Positions 28,229 through 37,023 of a DNA stretch of 37,605 nucleotides are shown piece after piece. The stretch comes from Myxococcota bacterium (GTDB taxonomy: Bacteria > Myxococcota_A > Bradymonadia > UBA7976 > UBA1532), in NCBI GenBank assembly GCA_036337435.1, contig JAYZEG010000047.1, forward strand, positions 1-37,605, in the 5' to 3' direction. The notes beneath the pieces were generated by a model. That model had not been told where the DNA came from. It saw only the letters and a program-made list of their open reading frames with translations, and searched no databases. Numbering within the stretch: the stretch's first letter is position 1; every line of letters begins with the position of its first letter. The position numbers and the translations under genes are program-made.

Positions 28229-28654
28229 ATGGTGATTCGTCTTACTCACATCGCCATCCAGGTGCGAGACCTGGATGCCTCTATCTCGTTTTATCGTGAC
28301 TTCTGCAAAATGAGGGTGATTCATGACCGAGGCCAGGCGCCTCGTCGAGTTGTCTGGATGGCTGAACCGGGACGGGAAGACGAGTTTATCTTTGTGTTCA
28401 TGAGTGGTGATGCGCGCCCTCCACAGGCCGAGAGAGATTATAGTCACCTTGGTTTTGCCCTCGACTCAAAGGCTGCTGTTGATGAGATTGCGGAGCGTGC
28501 GAACCAGGCCAATTGTTTGGTTTGGGCACCACGCCAAGAGCCTTATCCCGTCGGTTACTATTGCGGGATCAGGGACCCTGATGGCTACTTTGTTGAATTC
28601 AGTTATGGTCAACCTATCGGGCCAGGCGCGGATGAAGACCAAGAGAATGTCTAG
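28229..28654 (+). CDS. VOC/glyoxalase family protein
   Basis: LTHIAIQVRDL..SI.FY, HLGF and RDPDGYFVEF. Confidence 0.93.
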   Translation: MVIRLTHIAIQVRDLDASISFYRDFCKMRVIHDRGQAPRRVVWMAEPGREDEFIFVFMSGDARPPQAERDYSHLGFALDSKAAVDEIAERANQANCLVWAPRQEPYPVGYYCGIRDPDGYFVEFSYGQPIGPGADEDQENV

Positions 28655-28745
28655 AGTTAGCGATCTTGATTATGGCGCTAGTTTCGACTCTTTACGGGTC
28701 TGCTGGATACGCCTTGCTGGCTTAATCGGGGATGGGGATTAAACC

Positions 28746-29570
28746 ATGGATCCATTGTCTGCAATCGTTCTTGGATTGGTCCAAGCGTTGACGGAGTTTT
28801 TACCCGTGTCATCGAGTGGACACCTGGTTTTAGCGCATGAAATCTTAGACGTCTCCCAGAAAGAGGGCCTTGCCGCCGACGCGTTTGCAGTGGCCGTTCA
28901 TTTCGGTACGTTGCTGAGCGTGATTGTCGTGTTTTGGAGCGATATAAAGAACTTGGTCATCGCGTTCCTAAGCTCGCTGAAAGCGCCACGGTCGATCCCT
29001 GCGGGCCTTCGCCAAGACCCGCAACTGCAATTGGTTGCAGCCATTGTCATCGGATGTATTCCAGCCGGTCTCGTTGGTTTACTTTTTAAAGATGAACTGG
29101 AAAGCGCATTCAGTTCGACGAGACTCGTGTGTACAGCCCTGATCGCGACGGGTTGCATTCTCCTTCTGACGCGCATTTTTTCAGGCGGCGTGAAAACAGT
29201 GTCTCTGGGGACAGGGCTTGTGATTGGACTCGCTCAAGCAGTCGCCATTATCCCTGGTGTATCCCGGTCTGGAAGCACCATTGCAGTCGCACTCTTTTTG
29301 GGTTTGGAACGAGAACATGCCGCTCGCTACAGCTTCTTGTTATCTCTGCCTGTCATTGCCGGTGCATCTCTCTTGAAGTCCCTCGAATTAATGGGGCAAG
29401 CACTTCCCACGTCGGCATGGACATCTCTGGGACTGGGTGCAGGGGTTGCTTTCTTCGTTGGTATTCTGGCTCTTCGAATGCTTATGCTCGTGGTTCGGAG
29501 AGGGGCGTTTGCGCACTTTGGCTGGTATTGTTTGGCCCTCGGTTCTACAGGCTTGTTTTTACTTAAATAG
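28746..29570 (+). CDS. uppP: Undecaprenyl-diphosphate phosphatase (BacA)
   Basis: GLVQALTEFLPVSSSGHL, HFGT, PGVSRSGSTI and A.RYSFLLS.P. Confidence 0.97.
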   Translation: MDPLSAIVLGLVQALTEFLPVSSSGHLVLAHEILDVSQKEGLAADAFAVAVHFGTLLSVIVVFWSDIKNLVIAFLSSLKAPRSIPAGLRQDPQLQLVAAIVIGCIPAGLVGLLFKDELESAFSSTRLVCTALIATGCILLLTRIFSGGVKTVSLGTGLVIGLAQAVAIIPGVSRSGSTIAVALFLGLEREHAARYSFLLSLPVIAGASLLKSLELMGQALPTSAWTSLGLGAGVAFFVGILALRMLMLVVRRGAFAHFGWYCLALGSTGLFLLK

Positions 29571-29620
29571 CCCGAGTCGACGGTATGAACCGATGACCCA
29601 TTTTCGGCTGCAGATTTTGA

Positions 29621-30706
29621 TTAGAATGTTAAATGATACCACTGGCCGCGGTCCGCTGGTCCTCGGCATGCGTAGGCTTCGCGTTGTGCAGGCCGCGCGA
29701 TGAAAACCGAATTGGTCGCAGTGCCTTGATCATCTTCTGGGTAGCGGTTGATGCTATCGAAGCCCTTACTTCTATCAGCAAAGACGTTTTTCACGGATTC
29801 AATGTCATGGTCGCCCGCAGCGAGAAGCTGATTGATGGTATTGAGCCGACTGTCGCTGCTGCTCGAACATGCTTCAGCTTGTTTCGCGATGTGGGTTTCA
29901 TGGAGGCAATGATTGGTGTGACAGACCGCTGCATCGATGGGCTCTCTGAGGATCGCACTGTCGGGGGTTGTCTCGTACTCTCTCAAGTCGGTTGGGTCCG
30001 CAACCCAGAACACGTGGGCACCCGATCGTGGTGCTGACAGCAATCGGTGACTGGCCTGCTTGGTTGTGTGAGACCGAAGCATCCTGTGGAGGACGGAGAG
30101 GTAGCCAACACCAGGCTTCGACCCGTAGGTCTTAATGTTAGTCGTTCCGACCGCGACACCGCTGCTATTTAATCCCATGAGTGTCAAGCATCCCGCACAG
30201 GTCACAGACCAGGTCTCCAGACCAGAGTCGGGCCGCCTGCGAATGGCGACAACGTACTCGATATCCGGTGGATTGAGATCCCACGTTTGGCCAACGATAG
30301 CCAATCCATCCTTCGTCATATGGCTCGGAATCAAAAGTGAACTGCAGCCTTCGTCATCAACGGGTGGGCGTACGCCGTCTTTGAGTAACAAGGCGTCGCG
30401 CATATCGGTCATGTTTGTGCTGGTGTAGAGCAAAACGGGATCGACGTTTGCCCCTGTCGCAATGCCCACATGCTCGGTGTATCCGTCGGGATCCCACTGT
30501 GCATAAATCTCTAGACTCTGTCTGCCAACATCTAAGATGCCATCGGCGGATCGTCGACCCCGATCTTTCGCATATTGATGAACTGCGGCCATGCGAACCT
30601 CGATAAATTCATGGATACGGGTTCGCAAGGCTTCGCCCTGCTTTTGTCCCATGATTGAGGCTGTTCCCGCCACGTCGATGATGTCTAATTTAATCTCTTC
30701 TGCCAT
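29621..30706 (-). CDS. Peptidase C45 / acyl-CoA:6-APA acyltransferase-like Ntn hydrolase
   Basis: EG-CSS autoprocessing site, GQTWD, MGLNSSG and CHTNH. Confidence 0.9.
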   Translation of the reverse strand: MAEEIKLDIIDVAGTASIMGQKQGEALRTRIHEFIEVRMAAVHQYAKDRGRRSADGILDVGRQSLEIYAQWDPDGYTEHVGIATGANVDPVLLYTSTNMTDMRDALLLKDGVRPPVDDEGCSSLLIPSHMTKDGLAIVGQTWDLNPPDIEYVVAIRRRPDSGLETWSVTCAGCLTLMGLNSSGVAVGTTNIKTYGSKPGVGYLSVLHRMLRSHTTKQASHRLLSAPRSGAHVFWVADPTDLREYETTPDSAILREPIDAAVCHTNHCLHETHIAKQAEACSSSSDSRLNTINQLLAAGDHDIESVKNVFADRSKGFDSINRYPEDDQGTATNSVFIARPAQREAYACRGPADRGQWYHLTF

Positions 30707-30842
30707 GCTTCACATGCCCCTGAGAAGGAATCAATCTGGGTTCTCGCTCGCTGAGATGACACTAACAAATGTTCAAGCATTTAGGAAACTGGACGGAACT
30801 GCTGTTAGACTGGCTATGGGTAGCGGCCAACATGGAGGCTCG

Positions 30843-32036
30843 ATGACCAAGCCGGTCAAGACAGGAATCGTATTATCGGGCGGGGGTGCCCGTGGGGCTT
30901 ATGAGGTTGGGGTCATCGCTGGTTTGGTCGATGTGTTGGGCTTAGGGCCCGAAGATGAGGCACCGTTTCAAGTATACACTGGCACATCGGTGGGGGCCAT
31001 TAACGTGAGTTTTCTCGCAGCCCATGCACAGCGGGGGGACATGGGAACCCGTCAGTTGATCGAAGTTTGGAGTCAATTGAACCTCGCGGCGCATTTCAGG
31101 GTCGATCTCTTTGGTCTCTCGGACTTAAAACAGCGGATGCTTGGTCGTCAGCGTCGTGTGGGCGGTCGCGCACTCCTGGACGCCGATGCGCTCGAGGACA
31201 TGGTTGCATCGGCTATACCCTGGGATGATTTGCACTCAAACATTGGTGCTGGCATTGTGGACTCTTTGGTTGTCACGGCACTCCGCGTCTACGATGGTCA
31301 GACAACACTCTTCGTCGAGTCAGCACCGGACTGTCGATTCAAGCCCTCGCGTGATCCGAGACGGACTGCCACGGAAACAAAAATCACCTCCGATACTGTT
31401 CTGGCGTCCGCCGCCATTCCATTTGTCTTCCCAATTCGAAGTCTTTCGGGTCAGTGGTATTGTGATGGCAGTTTAAGATTCAATACGCCGATCGCTCCGG
31501 CCATCCGCGGTGGTGCCGAAAAACTGGTTGTAATTTCATTACTTCATCGAACGTCTAGGGGCCCCGATCCCTCTTTAAACGCACCGTATCCAAGTCCCGT
31601 TACATTGCTCGGCAAGGTCCTAAACGCGCTTTTACTCGACCCAGTCAACTATGACCTTCAGGTCTTGCGGCGTTTGAACAGAATTCTAGATGTCCTTGAT
31701 GAGGCCATTGACGAGGACGCGAGGGGCGAAGTTGATCGGGTCACTGTCGACACGCGTGGCATGCCTTATCAACAGTTGGATACGCTGGTTTTTAGTCCAT
31801 CCCAAGATTTGGGCGAGGTTGCGGGACAGCACCTGCGACAAATGGGTCCGAGACGCGGACTAGGCCGAGTCGGTGATTGGTTTCTCCGGCGAGCCGCTCG
31901 AGAGAGTGCAACTTGGGAGTTAGACCTCGCATCGTATGTCCTTTTCGATGGTGACTATGCGGCAAGACTCATCGAAATTGGTCGAGCTGACGCTCATCGA
32001 AGAGCGGATGAAATCCGTTCTTTTTTCACGTCTTGA
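30843..32036 (+). CDS. Patatin-like phospholipase
   Basis: VLSGGGARGAY, GTSVG nucleophile, ASAAIP..F and DGS; GGAGG RBS before ATG 30843 (the ORF-track start at 30591 overlaps the C45 gene). Confidence 0.93.
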   Translation: MTKPVKTGIVLSGGGARGAYEVGVIAGLVDVLGLGPEDEAPFQVYTGTSVGAINVSFLAAHAQRGDMGTRQLIEVWSQLNLAAHFRVDLFGLSDLKQRMLGRQRRVGGRALLDADALEDMVASAIPWDDLHSNIGAGIVDSLVVTALRVYDGQTTLFVESAPDCRFKPSRDPRRTATETKITSDTVLASAAIPFVFPIRSLSGQWYCDGSLRFNTPIAPAIRGGAEKLVVISLLHRTSRGPDPSLNAPYPSPVTLLGKVLNALLLDPVNYDLQVLRRLNRILDVLDEAIDEDARGEVDRVTVDTRGMPYQQLDTLVFSPSQDLGEVAGQHLRQMGPRRGLGRVGDWFLRRAARESATWELDLASYVLFDGDYAARLIEIGRADAHRRADEIRSFFTS

Positions 32037-32209
32037 TGATGACCTGGTGAACCATCTTTGATATCGAGCCACCGCCCTCTAAAAAGGCACCAGGAGGGCG
32101 TGAGTCAACGGACGGTCTCAGGTCGTTGGTTAGCGACTCTCTCGGTCTAGTATTGTTGGTTTCTGGTGGAGCCTGTATTCTCAGGCCTCATCTTTAAGAA
32201 GGACCGGAT

Positions 32210-32998
32210 TTGACTGAGCTTAGACCAGCAGACCCCTTTGGGATCAACGTCGAGAATGTGTCAAAAAGTTTTGACACAGGTCTCGTACTCGATGGGATTG
32301 ACTTGACGATTCAACCGGGTTCATTCGCGATTCTGGTGGGTCCATCAGGGTGTGGAAAAACGACCTTACTGAGGTTGATGGGTGGTCTGGATGCACCGAG
32401 TGATGGGCGTCTCGAACTTCAAGGAGAAAACCGTCATTTCCCATCGCAGATGTCTGAGGGCATCGGGTATTGTTTTCAAGAGCCGAGGCTCTTGCCATGG
32501 CGGACCGTCATCGACAATGTGGTCCTCCCCCTCGAGCTCCAAGGTGTCTCATCTGACGAACGCGTCTCCCTTGCACGAGAGACACTTCATCTGGTTGGAC
32601 TGGAGAATGATGCAGCTAAGTTACCCCATCAGTTGTCCGGCGGCATGCAAATGCGTGTCTCGATCGCTCGGGCGATGGTGACTCGGCCTCGATTATTGCT
32701 CCTCGACGAACCCTTTGCTGCGCTGGATGAGATCAGCCGCGTACGGATGGATGATGAGCTTCTTAAGTTGTGGCATGAAACCGGTGTCACCGTCGTTATG
32801 GTGACCCATTCACTCACAGAAGCGATTTACTTAGGTCAAGAGGTCCATTTTATGGCGGCCAGTCCCGGTCGAATCACGGAGAGTCTCAAGGTTGAACTGG
32901 ACCCAAGAAGCCCGGCCATAAGATCGACTCCGGCATTTGCCGAATGGGTCGCACTGGCCCATGGCATGCTGGCCGTTTGCGAGGGGAGTCAGCTGTGA
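32210..32998 (+). CDS. ABC transporter ATP-binding subunit (NitT/TauT type)
   Basis: GPSGCGKTT, FQEPRLLPWRT, LSGGMQMR, LLLLDEPFAALD and VTH; TTG start after AAGGA. Confidence 0.95.
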   Translation: MTELRPADPFGINVENVSKSFDTGLVLDGIDLTIQPGSFAILVGPSGCGKTTLLRLMGGLDAPSDGRLELQGENRHFPSQMSEGIGYCFQEPRLLPWRTVIDNVVLPLELQGVSSDERVSLARETLHLVGLENDAAKLPHQLSGGMQMRVSIARAMVTRPRLLLLDEPFAALDEISRVRMDDELLKLWHETGVTVVMVTHSLTEAIYLGQEVHFMAASPGRITESLKVELDPRSPAIRSTPAFAEWVALAHGMLAVCEGSQL

Positions 32999-34830
32999 AG
33001 GACAGCCTCAAACGCGCCAGTTCACCTATACTCGCAGCGATGATGTGCGCCATTCTTTGGGAAGACTGTGTTCGGTTGTTTCAGATCCCCCGTTACGTAC
33101 TCCCGGCACCCAGCGATATTGCGCTGATTTTGTTCGCAGATCCATCTGAGTCCGCGGCTCTCTTCCTCGGGGCACAGCAAACCGCTTATGCAGCTATATT
33201 AGGATTTTTGATTGCGACGATATTGGGGGTCGCCTCAGGGACTGTTCTCGCGTCTGTTGGGGTCTTGAAGCGGGGTTTGTACCCCCTGGCCAACCTCTTA
33301 CAGATGGTTCCGATCATTGCGTTGGCTCCTCTGCTCAATATCTGGTTTGGTTACGGTATTTCGGGTGTCGCAGCATCGGCCTGTATCGTTGCGATTTTTC
33401 CAATTATTGCGTGTACCGTCGACGGCCTGGGGGGGGTTAATCCACACCACCGAGATGTCTTTGACTTGTACGGTGCCACGCCGCTCCAGCGATGGAGGCT
33501 GCTTGGAATCCAGAGTGCGCTTCCACAGATCTGTACGGGCCTCAGAGTCGCAGCTGGCCTCGCCGTGATCGGTGCAGTTGTTGGTGAATTGGTCAGTGGC
33601 GTTCTAGATTCTCCACCCTTAGGCGCCATCATTGCGGCGGCCCTTCGGAATAGCGCATTAGATTTGGTCTTTGCAGCGGTTTTTCTCTCAGCGGCCGTTG
33701 GCTTTAGCCTATTTGCACTGGTGTCTTTGTTTGCCCATATGCTCTTGTCGCCCTGGCATCCATCGACTCGACCGGTCACCAATCAACATAGAACGCATCA
33801 GAAAACAGCTGTCGAACAGAGAGCTGTTCTCGTTTTTTGTGTCGTGGTGCTTGGCCTGACACTCTATGCTTTCTCAGGGCCGGATTTACGCTCAAATGCC
33901 ATAGTCAATACCTCAGGCAGTAAAGGCGTTAAGGCCATTGAGGTATCCCAGCAAAGGCAGGTGAAAATCCAGCTGAACTGGGTGCCGGAACCTGAGTTTG
34001 GCGGCTTGTATGAGGCCCATCTCAAGGGCTATTTCAAGGACGAAAATTTGGATGTGACCTTGATTAAAGGTGGTCCAGGCATTGCGACGCCACAACTGGT
34101 CGCAACGGGTCAAGTAGACTTTGCTATCGTGAGCGGTTCGCAGGTTGTCACCATGCGTGCTCAAGGCGCGCCTCTGGTTGCAGTTTATGCTAATTTTGAT
34201 CGCTTCGTTCGCGGTATTGTGACTCGAACCCAGAATGCGCCAGATTCTCTAGAGAGCCTCTGGACGACGTCCGGACCACTCGCTGTAGAAGCCGGCCTGC
34301 CTTTCGTTCGCTGGCTAAACCACCGTTTCGGACAGACTCAGCGAAGCCTCGTTCAAAGCGGTGGAAGCCTGACGGAATTTAAGCGACGACCAGAGATGGC
34401 GCAGGCTGTCTTTGTTTTTGCCGAACCGATTACCCTTGAATTGGATGGGATACCGACTCGGGTTTTCCCCGTATCTGACAGCGGATTTAATCCCTATTCG
34501 GTTGTCTTGGCGACCAATGAACGTTTCTTGAAGGAAAATCCGCAGACGGTCGCCGCCGTCCAACGTGCTTTGGCCCGTGGCTGGGACAGTTATTTGGCCG
34601 ATCCAAAGGCGACCAATGCCGAATTGACAAAGATGAATCCCGCGATGAGTCTTCGAGCGATGAATCTCGCGGCAGAAAAAATTACTCCCTATGTCAGGGG
34701 CGATTCAAAGCGTCTCGGCGAAATGAAACTTGAACGCTGGATGCAACTCATCGAGCAGCTGAAGACGATTGGTGTGGTGGAGAATTCGCCTGACCCCTCC
34801 CGTTGCTTCATCGGCTTCGAACTCAAATAG
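32995..34830 (+). CDS. Fused ABC permease + NMT1/THI5-like substrate-binding protein
   Basis: N-half is a NitT-type permease (LPAPS, Q.VP.IALAPL..IWFG.G, GLRVAAGLAVIGAVVGE). C-half LNWVPEPEFGGLY.A..KGYF.DENLDV..GGPG is the THI5-like SBP. GTG start overlaps the upstream stop (GTGA). Confidence 0.9.
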   Translation: MKDSLKRASSPILAAMMCAILWEDCVRLFQIPRYVLPAPSDIALILFADPSESAALFLGAQQTAYAAILGFLIATILGVASGTVLASVGVLKRGLYPLANLLQMVPIIALAPLLNIWFGYGISGVAASACIVAIFPIIACTVDGLGGVNPHHRDVFDLYGATPLQRWRLLGIQSALPQICTGLRVAAGLAVIGAVVGELVSGVLDSPPLGAIIAAALRNSALDLVFAAVFLSAAVGFSLFALVSLFAHMLLSPWHPSTRPVTNQHRTHQKTAVEQRAVLVFCVVVLGLTLYAFSGPDLRSNAIVNTSGSKGVKAIEVSQQRQVKIQLNWVPEPEFGGLYEAHLKGYFKDENLDVTLIKGGPGIATPQLVATGQVDFAIVSGSQVVTMRAQGAPLVAVYANFDRFVRGIVTRTQNAPDSLESLWTTSGPLAVEAGLPFVRWLNHRFGQTQRSLVQSGGSLTEFKRRPEMAQAVFVFAEPITLELDGIPTRVFPVSDSGFNPYSVVLATNERFLKENPQTVAAVQRALARGWDSYLADPKATNAELTKMNPAMSLRAMNLAAEKITPYVRGDSKRLGEMKLERWMQLIEQLKTIGVVENSPDPSRCFIGFELK

Positions 34831-34839
34831 GAGCGTAAA

Positions 34840-35553
34840 TTGACGAACATGACCATCAATGTCGATAACTTGGAAGTCGATTGCCTGATTGGCGTTTGGT
34901 CCCATGAACGAAATATCGCCCAGCGTATTCGCGTCGATATCGCCGTCGAGTGCGATGTTGAAACGGCAGCGCGAGAAGATGACTTACCCCTGACGCTGAA
35001 TTATGCCGATATCGCACGAGACGTCACGTTCATCCTCGAGAAATGCCAGTTTCATTTGTTGGAGTCCGCCGTATGCGCCATCCAGCACTGGCTATTGCTC
35101 CCCGCTTTGAGTCCGACAAAACCAAAGATTACCGCCGTTGATGTCAAGTTGACGAAATTTAGTGCATTGCCTGGCTCCACGTTGGCCTCGGTGCAGGGTC
35201 GACGCAGTTCAGAACAGGTTGACTACGTACGGGAAGACAAGGAATGGGGTCATGTTGACGTGGTCTATGAGACAAAACGGGTGGGGATATACCGACTCAA
35301 CATTGCTGCTGGAAAGTCACTGCCCGCTCATCACCATGAAGTGATGAGAGAAGTGGAGCTGGTGCTCAATCATGGCTTGGAAGTCTTTGGACCAGAGCAA
35401 GTGCGGACGGTGCTTGAAACTGGGCAATCGTTATCGTGGCCGATGGGTCACGTTCATGGCTATGAGAACCATTCGACGACCGTGGCGAGCTTACTCTGCA
35501 TCGATGACCCACCGTTTATTCCTGAGGATGAGCGTGTATGGGGGTCAGTATGA
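34840..35553 (+). CDS. folB: Dihydroneopterin aldolase (FolB) fused to C-terminal cupin domain
   Basis: IGVWSHER..Q.I.VD, DDL..TLNY, F.LLES and V.LTK FolB motifs; then WG...HHHEVMRE...HVHGYEN cupin motifs; AGGAG RBS. Confidence 0.85.
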   Translation: MTNMTINVDNLEVDCLIGVWSHERNIAQRIRVDIAVECDVETAAREDDLPLTLNYADIARDVTFILEKCQFHLLESAVCAIQHWLLLPALSPTKPKITAVDVKLTKFSALPGSTLASVQGRRSSEQVDYVREDKEWGHVDVVYETKRVGIYRLNIAAGKSLPAHHHEVMREVELVLNHGLEVFGPEQVRTVLETGQSLSWPMGHVHGYENHSTTVASLLCIDDPPFIPEDERVWGSV

Positions 35554-36266
35554 CCACATCTTTGCCGAAGCGCGTCTTGGTCACAGGCGGTGGGACGGGC
35601 ATTGGTCTCGGCATCGTCGAGCATCTTCTCGAGTTGGACTGCGATGTCATCACAGTCGGTCGACGACCCGGGCCACTAGAGGCTGCGGCTGCTCTCGGGG
35701 CGATCGTTCACGTTTGGGACATTACAGACAATGTGCCTGGTTTGTTTGACTTGATTGGTTCAGTTGATGGACTTGTCCTCAACGCAGGTCAATATCGCCA
35801 CGAGGAATGTACCCAATGGTCCGCTGACACATGGACAGAGCTCTGGCGGGTAAACACATTAGCAGCTGTGCTCTTGTCGAATGAATTTGCCAAGAGGCTG
35901 TCGGGCCCAGGAGCGATTGTTGCCGTCGCATCGACGCTCGCAAAACGTCCTGCGCCTGGTGCCGCAGCCTATGCGGCCTCCAAGGCGGCTCTCTTATCGG
36001 TCATCCAGCATCTGGCGTTAGAGTTAGCACCTCGGGGGATCCGAGCAAACGCGGTGCTGCCCGGTATTGTGCCGACGGCGATGACGACATCTGACCGAAC
36101 CGCAGAACAAGCAGCCGAGCATCACCAACACGCGATGGCACTGCATCCCATAGGACGACTGGGCGTGCCATCCGATGTGGCGTCGACCGTCGTTCATGCC
36201 TTGGCGAATCCATGGATGACAGGTGCGCATCTCTCGATCGACGGTGGGCTGCTGGTCCGCGAATAA
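35550..36266 (+). CDS. Short-chain dehydrogenase/reductase (NADP-type likely)
   Basis: TGGGTGIG, GRR, NAG, S...YAASK, N.V.PG and DGG; ATGA overlap with the folB stop. Confidence 0.93.
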   Translation: MTTSLPKRVLVTGGGTGIGLGIVEHLLELDCDVITVGRRPGPLEAAAALGAIVHVWDITDNVPGLFDLIGSVDGLVLNAGQYRHEECTQWSADTWTELWRVNTLAAVLLSNEFAKRLSGPGAIVAVASTLAKRPAPGAAAYAASKAALLSVIQHLALELAPRGIRANAVLPGIVPTAMTTSDRTAEQAAEHHQHAMALHPIGRLGVPSDVASTVVHALANPWMTGAHLSIDGGLLVRE

Positions 36267-36267
36267 C

Positions 36268-36960
36268 TTAGGTCGATTGTGACGGCCATTTTCTCTTCGG
36301 CTTGGCCGATAACGCCACCTCAAGTTCCGACAAAAAGGTGTCACGTTCAATTTCAAGCCCCCCAAAACGGGCCAAATGGTCCGTGTAGATTTGGCAATCA
36401 ATCAATTGGTAACCTGCATCCCAAAGCTGCGGTACCAATTGAGCAAATAAAGCTTTCGATGCCGAGGGCTCAAGGGAAAACATCGACTCCCCGAAGAAAA
36501 CCGCGCCCAAGGTCACACCGTAAAGGCCTCCGATGAGCCGGCCATCTCTCCAAACTTCCGCTGATTGGGCATACCCCAGCTTATGCAGCTCCAAGTACGC
36601 TGTTTTCATATCTTCATTGAGCCAGGTTCCTAATTGGTCGTGGCGTGGAACCGAAGCACACAGATCTAGAACCTCAGAAAATGATCGATTGTATGTGTAA
36701 TGCCCCTCAAAATTTTTGACTGATTTTCTGAGCGTTCGGCCAAGTCGATAATGCTCTGGTCGAATGACAAACCGGTCGTCCGGGCAATGCCATAGAATCG
36801 GTGAGTACGCGTCATCATACCAGGGGAAAATCCCGAGGGAGTAGGCCAGCAAGAGGCGAGACGGGGACAGGTCTCCTCCCACGGCTAAAATACCCGATGG
36901 ATCCTCGGTCCTGCGTGGATCAGGAAAAGCGATGGAGTCATTGAGGAGGTAAATGGTCAA
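36268..36960 (-). CDS. aat: Leucyl/phenylalanyl-tRNA--protein transferase
   Basis: GILAVGGDLS..RLL.AY..GIFPWY, GGLYGV..G..FFGESMFS, ASK and LIDCQ..T.HL..FG. Confidence 0.96.
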   Translation of the reverse strand: MTIYLLNDSIAFPDPRRTEDPSGILAVGGDLSPSRLLLAYSLGIFPWYDDAYSPILWHCPDDRFVIRPEHYRLGRTLRKSVKNFEGHYTYNRSFSEVLDLCASVPRHDQLGTWLNEDMKTAYLELHKLGYAQSAEVWRDGRLIGGLYGVTLGAVFFGESMFSLEPSASKALFAQLVPQLWDAGYQLIDCQIYTDHLARFGGLEIERDTFLSELEVALSAKPKRKWPSQST

Positions 36961-37023
36961 TCAATATGCCCGTCGCGACTGACGATGACTGAGCTAGGCA
37001 CTGGCAAGACTCAACTCCTTTAT

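Noticed and set aside
30730..30800. GGGTT...GCTGAGAT resembling the 5' half of a TPP riboswitch
   Set aside because: The downstream ACCTGATC...GGGA half is missing, and the downstream gene is a patatin.
30591..30842. 84-aa N-terminal extension of patatin in the ORF track
   Set aside because: It overlaps the divergent C45 gene, and a GGAGG-ATG start exists at 30843.
9509..32036. Cyclase + cNMP proteins + patatin as a Pycsar/CBASS-like defence system
   Set aside because: The genes are 8-20 kb apart among housekeeping genes, the cyclase has ATP-type residues, and the cNMP proteins lack TIR/TM effectors.
32085..32190. Two TCTCAGG motifs suggesting a tandem glycine riboswitch
   Set aside because: It lacks the GGAGA and CCGAAG core elements; kept only as an unassigned structured leader.
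32944..32994. ORF-track start of the permease-SBP fusion
   Set aside because: It overlaps the ATPase by 55 nt; GTG 32995 with a GGGGAG RBS and a 4-nt overlap is more plausible.
36968..36990. GTCGCGACTGACGA resembling the ZTP (pfl) riboswitch start
   Set aside because: It is on the strand opposite to the flanking genes, and there is no 3' CGCCTGGGC element.
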